DNA of 64,000 nt, taken from positions 1 to 64,000 of the IMG/VR virus record IMGVR_UViG_3300045988_133913; one strand, written 5' to 3'. The position numbers and the translations under genes were made by a program. The stretch comes from a virus. Shown piece by piece: positions 45,616 to 53,707 of the stretch; position 1 is the first letter of the stretch, and each line of letters begins with the position of its first letter. The notes under the pieces are model-generated. The model ran no database searches and was not told the origin of the DNA. It worked only from the letters and a program-made list of their open reading frames with translations.

Positions 45616-46080
45616 TCATGCGCCCTCCCCGGTGCTGTCGCCGTCTCCTGCGTCGCCGCCTCCACCTCCGGTGTCGCCGTCGATTACATCGAGGAAGTCT
45701 TTAAGTCGTTCTGCAAACGCTCGCAGCCAATACTCACCCCATTCTTTCGGGATGTTCTCCAGAAACGCTTTGGTTTCCTTCGCGATGAACGCGCTAATAT
45801 CGTCGGTGCGCTTAAAAACGCCTGCGATGGCTATCGGCACATAAGTCGGGCTGTCCAGCTTCTTAGCTTTCTCCATGAAAATAGCTAAGGCGTGCAGCTC
45901 CAGCCCGTCGCCGCAGCTCTCGATGAACTTCTCGGTGTCGAAATTCGCGGGCAGATTTTCTTGGGCGTGGATTGCGTCGCGTGCGGAAGCCTCCGCCTTC
46001 GGGCGGTACAGCTCCACCAACGCCTGAACGAGCGTAAGCGCACCCATAAGTTCAAAGCCATTGTTTGCAGGTTTGCTCAT
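45616..46080 (-). CDS. hypothetical protein with Gly/Asp-rich C-terminal tail
   Basis: Start moved to ATG 46080, which has GGAG 8 nt upstream. Confidence 0.4.
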   Translation of the reverse strand: MSKPANNGFELMGALTLVQALVELYRPKAEASARDAIHAQENLPANFDTEKFIESCGDGLELHALAIFMEKAKKLDSPTYVPIAIAGVFKRTDDISAFIAKETKAFLENIPKEWGEYWLRAFAERLKDFLDVIDGDTGGGGGDAGDGDSTGEGA

Positions 46081-46919
46081 TTTGTGTCTCCTATTTTGGA
46101 TTCTAAAAGGGATTGATATTTGTGTAGGACATCCTGCACGTAGGGCTTGAGTTGCTGGATAATGCCGCTCTCGCCTGCGTAAGCCGCGCTGTGGCGCTTC
46201 TTCCGCAAAAGGTCTACAAGTGATTGCGCCTCTTTCTTGGAAAGGCAAACACCAGCGGCGAGGTCAGGGTAGTACACCACGCCCTGCACGTCTTGCGCTA
46301 CCGTGTACAGAATATACTTGGCGGCGACGGGCATCTTGGCAGCCGTCAATGCGTGTTCCGTAGCTGTAGAGTTTAAGCCAAAGAACCGTTCTACGTCGTT
46401 TCGCTTGAAGAAGGCACGAATACTCGCCTCCAGCTTGTCGGCAGTGGTGGCGTTTCCATCCAGCCTTGCCACCTTATTGCACTCGTACTGGATGCGGTCG
46501 CGTACCACGTCATAGTCGCTCTGCGCGTTGGTCGTAGTAACGTACCAGATTTCCCTGTCGATACCGCTAAACTCCGCACTCGCTTCGTACCGGGGAATAT
46601 TCACCTCTCGCATAGCAGCTCTCGCCTGCCGCTGGTGTTTGTCGGAAAGGGTCTTGCCGCTGGTATAAACACGTGTAGCGCGGTGCAGCAGGTCGCCCTG
46701 CACGTGATACAGCCAGCCTGTCTCATCCAGCAGGTAGCGCCTACGCCGGGGGAAGTGGCTCTCGTCCAGCCGGTAAACCTCCATCGCCTCCCAGATAGAA
46801 GTGAAGTAGGCAACTTCGGGCGCGCGCTTGCCGGTGAAGAAAACCACAACAAAGGGCTTACGTGTGGGGAAGTTCAGCTTGGCGCTGCGCCCGTTATGGT
46901 TAAAGGTAAAGGCTGTCAT
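46077..46919 (-). CDS. hypothetical protein with an internal copy of the family motif (..GVCLSKKEAQSLVDLL)
   Basis: 280-aa ORF. Motif YYPDLAAGVCLSKKEAQSLV. Confidence 0.45.
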   Translation of the reverse strand: MTAFTFNHNGRSAKLNFPTRKPFVVVFFTGKRAPEVAYFTSIWEAMEVYRLDESHFPRRRRYLLDETGWLYHVQGDLLHRATRVYTSGKTLSDKHQRQARAAMREVNIPRYEASAEFSGIDREIWYVTTTNAQSDYDVVRDRIQYECNKVARLDGNATTADKLEASIRAFFKRNDVERFFGLNSTATEHALTAAKMPVAAKYILYTVAQDVQGVVYYPDLAAGVCLSKKEAQSLVDLLRKKRHSAAYAGESGIIQQLKPYVQDVLHKYQSLLESKIGDTK

Positions 46920-46922
46920 GAT

Positions 46923-47243
46923 TTAGTCCTCCAGAACATAAACGCGCAAGTGCGCGAGGTCGCCGTAAGTCACCTTATGTTTTTCCTTGCACGAAGCATC
47001 CAAACTCGCTAGAGTTCGGGCGTCCTCCGCCGGATAAATCCGCACGCGGTTAGCTATAGCTTGTGGGTGTATGCGGATAACGTCCGCGCCCCTATATGAC
47101 TCATGGTAAAGATTGACAAGCTCTTGGAAGAAGCCAAAGGGGAAGTCATAGCCCCAGACTTTGAAAACCTCCTGAAGCCGCATAGCGGCAACAGTCAGGC
47201 TCTTGTTGGTGTTTATTTCCTCGGGGAAAGGGTAGATAATCAT
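46923..47243 (-). CDS. hypothetical protein
   Basis: 106-aa ORF. Confidence 0.4.
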   Translation of the reverse strand: MIIYPFPEEINTNKSLTVAAMRLQEVFKVWGYDFPFGFFQELVNLYHESYRGADVIRIHPQAIANRVRIYPAEDARTLASLDASCKEKHKVTYGDLAHLRVYVLED

Positions 47244-47458
47244 TTGCCAAGCTCCGGGTTAAAGGTTGTTACGGCGAGTTCCATAGCGCCGAAAAAGTCC
47301 ATCAGGATTTCCGCTAAATCGTTGTGGGTGTACATCTCGTGGACCTTCCATAGGCGTCGTCCACCCCCTCTTTGAGGTGTAAGTAGTGGTAAAGCATTAC
47401 CCACTCGCAGGCGAGGCGTTTCAGGCGGTTTCTGGTTTCGATGTTCATAAAGTTTCAC
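47240..47458 (-). CDS. small hypothetical protein (alternative: 45-aa ORF from ATG 47447)
   Basis: The ORF-track start is a GTG with poor SD spacing. An out-of-frame ATG at 47447 has GGAG 9 nt upstream. Confidence 0.3.
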   Translation of the reverse strand: MKLYEHRNQKPPETPRLRVGNALPLLTPQRGGGRRLWKVHEMYTHNDLAEILMDFFGAMELAVTTFNPELGK

Positions 47459-47493
47459 TCCGGTTATTTGTGAGTGGGGGGGGGGGGTGCAGG

Positions 47494-48210
47494 TTAAACC
47501 CGCAGCCCCATGATGACGACGCGAATATTCTTCGCCCAGTTATCCTCCCCGACAAGGTGGGCGTGCAGTTGAGTGCCGGTGCATTTAATCTTCGCGCCGG
47601 TAAAGTTCTTCTTCGATGATGGCAGGATGGTGTCCAGCGTAGCGAGGTAGGCGGTATTTAATCCTGTGACCGGCACGAATGTAGATGCGCAGTCGCCCTC
47701 GCCGTCGCGCTGAGGCTCGGTGGCGAACATGATACTATCGAAATCCCCCGGTACCACGCGGGGCATATCCGGGAAAACCCCGCCTATGGTGTACAGGTTC
47801 ATTGTCGATAGCAGGGTGTTGCGGGCGTCGTAGCACTCCAGCCGCCATACCGGGTCGCCGCCGGTGGAAATTTTCCCGTCGCTAGATACTGAGGCTTTCT
47901 CGTCGGTAGGGAATGCGCGGGTGGTGTATGTGCCTGCGGGAAGTTTGGGCGGGTAGAAAGTAACGCCGTCGGCAGGAAACCACGACGGCACGGGTTTGTC
48001 CGCAAAGGCATGGGGCAGGTCGATGGTGATGCCGATATGCCCGTTGGTCGCCCATACCTGCCCACAAGGGGCGAAGTGGATGCCTTGAAGGTATTGGCAC
48101 ACATCTTTGACTGCGAGAAAGGCTTTCGGCGCTTTCCACAGGGCGACGGGGATTTCGATGCCGTCTGGCAGCCAGTTGAAATCGGCACGGGGGGATGTGT
48201 TTTTGCTCAT
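47494..48210 (-). CDS. hypothetical protein
   Basis: 238-aa ORF preceded by the conserved C/A-rich leader and GGAG. Confidence 0.45.
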   Translation of the reverse strand: MSKNTSPRADFNWLPDGIEIPVALWKAPKAFLAVKDVCQYLQGIHFAPCGQVWATNGHIGITIDLPHAFADKPVPSWFPADGVTFYPPKLPAGTYTTRAFPTDEKASVSSDGKISTGGDPVWRLECYDARNTLLSTMNLYTIGGVFPDMPRVVPGDFDSIMFATEPQRDGEGDCASTFVPVTGLNTAYLATLDTILPSSKKNFTGAKIKCTGTQLHAHLVGEDNWAKNIRVVIMGLRV

Positions 48211-48285
48211 GGTTAGACTCCAGATTGTTTGTAGGGGTTAGGTTGTGTGGGGCGGTGCAATCCGCACCGCCGGGGGTGGGGTGGG

Positions 48286-48627
48286 TCAGATATAGTACAC
48301 TACGGGCTTGCCCTCATACTCGCCTGACCATAGTAGATAGCCTTCGTCGCTGGCTTGTTCGGTAAGCGCGTCAATGATGGTTTCATCATCGTTGTCTGCG
48401 TCGTCGGGGTCATAATATTCGTCTCTGACGTCGTCGGCGGTTAGCTCCTTAATGTCGCAACATAGCCCGATGACGTCCAGCTCGTATGGCTCGTCGTCGC
48501 CGTATGTTTCTTCAAACATTTCTATGAGCCTCTCGTAAACCCCGTAAGGGTAGTAATCGCGGTCATACTCTTTGAACTGTTGTTGCAGTTGGCGTGCAGA
48601 TGTGATGGGTATAATTATGGATGCCAT
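48286..48627 (-). CDS. strongly acidic small protein (DNA-mimic / anti-restriction candidate)
   Basis: About 31 Asp/Glu against 7 Lys/Arg in 113 aa. DDADNDDE tract. Sits in the early operon. Confidence 0.45.
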   Translation of the reverse strand: MASIIIPITSARQLQQQFKEYDRDYYPYGVYERLIEMFEETYGDDEPYELDVIGLCCDIKELTADDVRDEYYDPDDADNDDETIIDALTEQASDEGYLLWSGEYEGKPVVYYI

Positions 48628-48654
48628 GATTTTTTCTCCGGTTTGTGTTAGGGG

Positions 48655-49080
48655 TTAGGGTTGTTTACAGGTGACGGGCAGGAATGCGTGGCTATACAGC
48701 CGCGTTGAGTTATTCAGCGCAGTGGTGTAGCGGCGCATCCGCCGCAGCATGATTGCCCGCAGTCTGTCGTAGCGGTCATTGTCGCGGGCACTTAGGTAGT
48801 AGCTGGTCAGAAAGCCCGGCGGGCTCATGTGGTAGCCGTTAAGGGTTTTGTCCGCCGCCGTCTGCGCGCGGATGAAGATGTCGTCGTAGTGGTCGTAGCG
48901 GTACTTCAGCAACGCCTCGCACAGGTCAGGGCTGGCTTGCTTGTTGTAAAAGACGCCCACATGGTAGCACCTACCGCTGAAATCGGTTGTACGGGTAGCG
49001 TAGGGAAAGCGCTTGCGCACATGGCGGTTAAGGCTGGCGCGGATGGTGATGGGGGTTTTATAGTCGGTGTGGTCGCGCAT
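48655..49080 (-). CDS. hypothetical basic protein
   Basis: 141-aa ORF with the conserved leader. Confidence 0.4.
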   Translation of the reverse strand: MRDHTDYKTPITIRASLNRHVRKRFPYATRTTDFSGRCYHVGVFYNKQASPDLCEALLKYRYDHYDDIFIRAQTAADKTLNGYHMSPPGFLTSYYLSARDNDRYDRLRAIMLRRMRRYTTALNNSTRLYSHAFLPVTCKQP

Positions 49081-49083
49081 GGC

Positions 49084-49231
49084 TTACTCCGGTTTGTTGG
49101 GTTGCTGTTTGGGCTGTCTCTTGAGCCGCGTGTTGCGCGTCGGATGCCGATTGGTTGAGTGTGGTCGGCGTGTCTGCGGGCGTGGGTGTGTCGGCTGGTA
49201 AAAGGTCGGGATGGGGGTGTGTAACAGCATG
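49084..49231 (-). CDS. candidate small Pro-rich basic ORF (48 aa)
   Basis: The ATG is preceded by the same CTAACCCACAC...CCGGAG leader used by neighbouring genes. Its stop overlaps the RBS of the next gene. Confidence 0.25.
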
Positions 49232-49259
49232 GGGTTTCTCCGGTTGTGGGGGGTGTGGG

Positions 49260-49763
49260 TTAGCCTTGCGCGGCAATAGCGCTGGCTACTTTGGCGGCGT
49301 AACGGGCAAGGCTCTCGCCTACCCCGCCGAACATATCGCCGCTGTCCTCGTGCAGTTGACAAACTAGCCTGCGGTTGCTATGGCCGGGTCTAGCAAGGCA
49401 GTAATTCAGGCAGCGCTGGTAGTATTCCTCGCCTTCAGGAGAGCGCGCGGCTACCATTTCCGCCGCGTGTTGTGCGTCGTAGTACGCCGCCGCGCGCTCC
49501 AGTAATTCCTCAAACAGTATCCGCGCGCGGTTACGCTTGCGTATTGCCCGTTCGTATTCCTTGCGATATTTCGTACGGTCAAGGAAGGCCACGCCGTAAT
49601 TGTAGTGGTTTGCAATCTCTCGCAGCAGGTCAGCACGGCGCGCTTCTTGCGGGCGCGCGTCCGTACTCCATTTCCGGTGTAGTTGGTATGCCTGTTCGGC
49701 GTAGGCAAGGGCGTCGGCAAAGGTTGTTTTTATGCCGTAGACGCTAGTGGTGAGGATGTGCAT
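49260..49763 (-). CDS. hypothetical protein
   Basis: Start moved to ATG 49763, which has AGGAG 6 nt upstream. Confidence 0.45.
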   Translation of the reverse strand: MHILTTSVYGIKTTFADALAYAEQAYQLHRKWSTDARPQEARRADLLREIANHYNYGVAFLDRTKYRKEYERAIRKRNRARILFEELLERAAAYYDAQHAAEMVAARSPEGEEYYQRCLNYCLARPGHSNRRLVCQLHEDSGDMFGGVGESLARYAAKVASAIAAQG

Positions 49764-49792
49764 TTTTATACTCCTATTTTTGTATGGGTGGG

Positions 49793-50293
49793 TTATTCCT
49801 GTCCGGTTTGGGCAAGGATTTCCTCGCACTTGGCGAGGGCTTGGGCAAACACTTCGCCACGTGTCATGCCCTTCAAAATGGGGTCATGGGCGGCAGGTGC
49901 GTAGGCGTTGAAGGCGACGGCGTCATCGCGCAGGGCGTCGCGCAGGTATTCCACGTCTTCTAGCTGGTCGGTGCGGTAGTCATCTTCCAGCAGCCGTATG
50001 GCAAGTTCTGGCAAAATCCCTTCCTGTCCATAGTACGGGCTGAAGTACCACTTGCACAGCCCATGCTCGTCGTCTAAGACAAGCGTGTCGTATCCATTGG
50101 TAAGAAAGACGCTCCCGCTTTGTTGATTAAAGTCAATATAGACGCCTACGTCGTCAAACGATTCAGGTAGGGCGTTGCTGATGCCCTCCCCCGCGTCTGC
50201 GTAAGCGCGTAGCAGATTGGCTGCTAGGTCAAGCTCATATGCGCCGAACCTGTCCAAGGTTGTCATGGGGTATAGGGTGTTTTGTTTTTTCAT
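49793..50293 (-). CDS. acidic hypothetical protein
   Basis: 166 aa, D/E-rich, early position. Confidence 0.45.
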   Translation of the reverse strand: MKKQNTLYPMTTLDRFGAYELDLAANLLRAYADAGEGISNALPESFDDVGVYIDFNQQSGSVFLTNGYDTLVLDDEHGLCKWYFSPYYGQEGILPELAIRLLEDDYRTDQLEDVEYLRDALRDDAVAFNAYAPAAHDPILKGMTRGEVFAQALAKCEEILAQTGQE

Positions 50294-50368
50294 GTTTTAT
50301 CCTTGTGTTGTGGATTAGGGTTGTGGCGGTGCGTAGCACCGCCGGGGGTTTATTGTGTGGGTGGGTTA

Positions 50369-51130
50369 TCATTCATATTCGAGTATTTCACCAACGTTTT
50401 CTTCCAGCCACTCTCTGGCTAATTCAGCCAGTTTTTTGCGGTCGGTTTCTGAATACGGCAGGAGTTTTTCGTCTTTGACAATATCTGCGCAGATTTTATT
50501 GATGACTTCTTCTTTAACGTCTTTATCCCAGTAAATATAGCAGTCGTCCATGTATTCATCTACATATACTCCCCATTCATCTACGCCACCAATGGTAATC
50601 GTGAACTTACCAGAAATGGGAGAATCATAGAAAATGTTCGTTATATAGGCGCGGTCTATATATTCGTGTGCCTGTTTAGCGACGTCATTATAAAAATAAA
50701 CGTCGATACAATAGCCTTGTGAATAACCGAATGCCCTAAATCCGTCTAACTCGTTTAATGCGTCTGCATTTTCTAACATTTTGACATAATCTTTCGCTGT
50801 TACGTCTGAAAGGTCGGCTAGCATATCTGAAAGCTCATCCCCCGCAACAAAGCCAGCTTCGTAGGGGTCATAACGCATCCATTCTTCGGTAAGGGCGCGC
50901 GGGTTTTCCTCAAATTCAGCAATCTGTTCGGCGCTGTAATGTTTTTTTGTTTTCGCACCTTCACTAGCGAAAACGATTATAGCTGATAAGTCGTGCCGGG
51001 TATTATAAACCCCTACCATAGGGGTATCGTTCATAAAGTCGTCGAAGTAATCGCTAGCCAAGTTGATGTCATAGCGAAAACTATGGCTGAATTCTGCGTC
51101 AATAATGGTTTTGAAGGGTAAGTTTTTCAT
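50369..51130 (-). CDS. acidic hypothetical protein
   Basis: 253 aa, D/E/Y-rich. Confidence 0.45.
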   Translation of the reverse strand: MKNLPFKTIIDAEFSHSFRYDINLASDYFDDFMNDTPMVGVYNTRHDLSAIIVFASEGAKTKKHYSAEQIAEFEENPRALTEEWMRYDPYEAGFVAGDELSDMLADLSDVTAKDYVKMLENADALNELDGFRAFGYSQGYCIDVYFYNDVAKQAHEYIDRAYITNIFYDSPISGKFTITIGGVDEWGVYVDEYMDDCYIYWDKDVKEEVINKICADIVKDEKLLPYSETDRKKLAELAREWLEENVGEILEYE

Positions 51131-51183
51131 GGTTTTTATCCTTGTTTGTGGGTAGCGTGTTAGTCTTGTATCGGTTGCCCGTG

Positions 51184-51711
51184 CTACGCCATCATGTCGC
51201 AGCGGTCGGCAAGTCTGCCGCTTGTGGCGGCATCCACCATCGCGCTCACCGCGTGGCGCACCGCGTAGTCAGCGTCGTCGCGGATGTCGCAATAGTCGCG
51301 GCGACGGTGTGGGTACTTGGCGAGCTTGTCGCGCAAGGCGCACGTCGCGGCAACCGCGCAATCGCGTAGGACGCGGCGCGCGCCGGGGTAGCTACCGGCA
51401 CTATACGCGCACGCCAGCGCAAGCGTCTCAAGCGGCAGACGGCACAGCTCCAGCCATGCCGCGTCATAGGCGCGGGTTGCCAACAAGGAAGCGTCTGGCG
51501 CGTCTGCGGCGGTAAGGTCTGCGACGCGCCACAGGTTCGCCTGTGCGTCGAGGTCGTCGGCGAGGTCGCCAATTTCGCTGGCGAGGTTGTCGGCGACGTC
51601 AGCCGCCAGCAGGTTATGCGGGCGCGGCAGACGGTCGAGGTGCGCCGGGTTAAGGCTCTTTTGCAGAGCATCAAGGTCTGCGATGGTTTTGGGTTGGGTT
51701 TGATTGCTCAT
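51184..51711 (-). CDS. hypothetical protein, first gene of the leftward early operon
   Basis: AAGGAG RBS. Ala/Asp/Leu-rich. Confidence 0.45.
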   Translation of the reverse strand: MSNQTQPKTIADLDALQKSLNPAHLDRLPRPHNLLAADVADNLASEIGDLADDLDAQANLWRVADLTAADAPDASLLATRAYDAAWLELCRLPLETLALACAYSAGSYPGARRVLRDCAVAATCALRDKLAKYPHRRRDYCDIRDDADYAVRHAVSAMVDAATSGRLADRCDMMA

Positions 51712-51752
51712 TTTTGACTCCTTTTATACTTTTGTTAGGGGTTGATGCGTTT

Positions 51753-51794
51753 GTATCGGATAGCACCCGGAATAGTATGGATGCTATCCGATAC
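51753..51794. repeat. perfect 13-bp inverted repeat GTATCGGATAGCA-N16-TGCTATCCGATAC
   Basis: Read directly. A second 9-bp inverted repeat (AAGCTAGCC-N19-GGCTAGCTT) follows at 51795-51831. Confidence 0.7.
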
Positions 51795-51872
51795 AAGCTA
51801 GCCGTGGTTTGTGGTTTAGGGTGGCTAGCTTGCATCGCGTTGTGTCGTCTGATACTTATATAAGTACAGGCT

Positions 51873-51887
51873 GGCGACGTTGTCGCC
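51873..51887. promoter_or_regulatory. GC-stem hairpin with GTT loop (GGCGAC-GTT-GTCGCC)
   Basis: 6-bp stem with a 3-nt loop. It has the same architecture as the hairpin at 52736-52750 (TGCCGC-GTT-GCGGCA). Confidence 0.4.
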
Positions 51888-52735
51888 GTTAGTGTTTTAT
51901 GCGTCGTCTTTGTTGGCGCATTTCAGACATTTACAATGGCTTCCGCAGTCTTTTTCAGCAGTTACATTCACCATTTTCAGTCTATTCCGCGTGCCGGTAC
52001 GTTTCGTTTTGTGTCCTTGCCAGCATCCGCGTCATGTAGTGGTTCGCGCGCTATCGTATGCACGCGGCTACATTCTTTACCGTTTCCCGCTTGCTACTTT
52101 GCTAAGGTAGCGCGCTTGTTACGTTTTCCCCTATTGTTAAAGATTGCGCCTTGCACCCGGATGAGGCTAGCGCGAGGTTAATTCCTCAATGTATCCGATT
52201 TTTCGTGCAGCGGATAGTAGCTGCCGTGCATATTGTTTAGGTGTTAGCACTTGCCTTTGCAAGGTATGGCACGTTGTGTTGTTGTGCATTGCCTTGCTTG
52301 ATGCCAGCGGCTCGCCGTAAGGCTCGCTCGCTGTATGGGGCGCATTATAGCGGTTTGTGGGTGGCTTGTCAATAGGCAATCTTGTTTTTTGTTGATTGCT
52401 TATTGCGTGATGATAGGTTGTTGGCAACCATATCAGCATCGCGCCGCCGTCATATTGTTACCGCTATAACGTCGTCCTGTTTGATTACGGTAATGCCTTT
52501 GTCGTGCCAACGTTGAAAACTATTTAGATAACATACAGATATTGGAAAACGTTGAAAGAGTAGAAAAGGATTGGCGACGGATTAGCAGCGCAAAATTGTC
52601 GGCGAGCGGGAAATTTTTGGCGGATTGTTGTCCTTATATATTGTGCGCAGACGGCACCAACTTTTGCACGCGGTTTTGTTGTCGCCGTTTTTGTACGCTA
52701 ACTTTTTCGAGCCGTCGTTGTGTTTTTGCTTTTGT

Positions 52736-52750
52736 TGCCGCGTTGCGGCA
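52736..52750. promoter_or_regulatory. GC-stem hairpin with GTT loop (TGCCGC-GTT-GCGGCA)
   Basis: Second member of the 6-bp-stem, GTT-loop pair. Confidence 0.4.
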
Positions 52751-53029
52751 GTTTGCGACGGATTTTGTCAAGATTAAGATTTTGAAATGTTAAATGCTGA
52801 ATTTTGTTAGGTAGTAGGATTCATGCGTAGTTAAGATGGATTTTGAAAAAAAATTGAATTCAATACACAAAATCTTGAATATCTTAAATCGGAAAATTAA
52901 GGTATTGATTTTGTTCACATTTAATAGCCGAATCTTGAAAAGGGGGGTTTTTTGTTGAATCAATATTTTATTTGTTGATTATATATAATCCCGAAAAAAA
53001 CCTGTTTGTTTTGACTATATTAAGATTGG

Positions 53030-53047
53030 CGATGTTAATTAACATCG
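53030..53047. repeat. 18-bp perfect palindrome CGATGTTAATTAACATCG
   Basis: Read directly. Its 12-bp core TGTTAATTAACA recurs at 53521-53532. Confidence 0.7.
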
Positions 53048-53363
53048 GGATTTTGGGGGTTCGGCGAAAGAGAGAGGGGTTTTGTGATTGTGGGATTATT
53101 TGCACGGGCGAAAAATGATGGCGGGGTTTTTGGGATTGCACGGCGCGCAAAAAGATATTACCAAAACATGGACAACTCATTAAAACCAAAAAGGTCGAAA
53201 AAAGGAAAAAAGGGGGTATATATATATATATTCAATATATTATTTTTTTTTTTTTTTTTAGCCGATTTTTTCCTCTCCCTCCTGCTGCTGTTGAATGCCG
53301 CCGCCGCCCGCAACCCCCTGTTTTTTCTAGGGTTTTTTATTTCCAGTCAATATAAATCCACAT

Positions 53364-53626
53364 AACATTATTATTGTACAATGTTGTAAACATTATTTGT
53401 TCAACATTTAAATCTTAACAAAAAAACCATCAACATTTTCAACACGTCTCGAAATTTATTTGCAATCCTCGAAATTCCGCTTCACGTCTACGCTTCGCGC
53501 CCCTCAAAACATTTCTGACGTGTTAATTAACATTTCCCGATTTTTTATTGACAACATTAACCTCAAATTATGTTGGTAACATTATTCGTTATTCCAGATA
53601 ATCCAATAATTCAGCGCCGCAAATGT
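53364..53626. repeat. array of about 10 AACATT / AATGTT hexamers (iteron-like)
   Basis: Copies at roughly 53364, 53381 (rc), 53389, 53403, 53432, 53507, 53528, 53553, 53577 and 53621 (rc), all within 263 bp. Confidence 0.6.
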
Positions 53627-53678
53627 TATTTTTCGCCGCGCTTTTCCTCGCCATTTCCGCCTGCCGTTTTACGTCATG

Positions 53679-53707
53679 TTCAATACTTATTAACACCCTA
53701 GTATAAT
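53679..53707 (+). promoter_or_regulatory. sigma70-like promoter candidate (TTCAAT-17-TATAAT)
   Basis: Perfect -10 TATAAT with a 17-nt spacer to TTCAAT. Confidence 0.3.

Noticed and set aside
51880-53365. Short ORFs inside the control region (51880-52110, 51936-52181, 52167-52439, 52542-52793, 52968-53189, 53084-53365)
   Set aside because: No RBS. Low-complexity or poly-F/L/K products that come from translating AT-rich and poly-T DNA. They overlap one another.
52800-53700. CRISPR array or tRNA genes in the repeat-rich island
   Set aside because: Repeats are irregular in length and spacing, so there is no repeat-spacer periodicity. No GTTCGA-type T-loop or cloverleaf candidates were seen.
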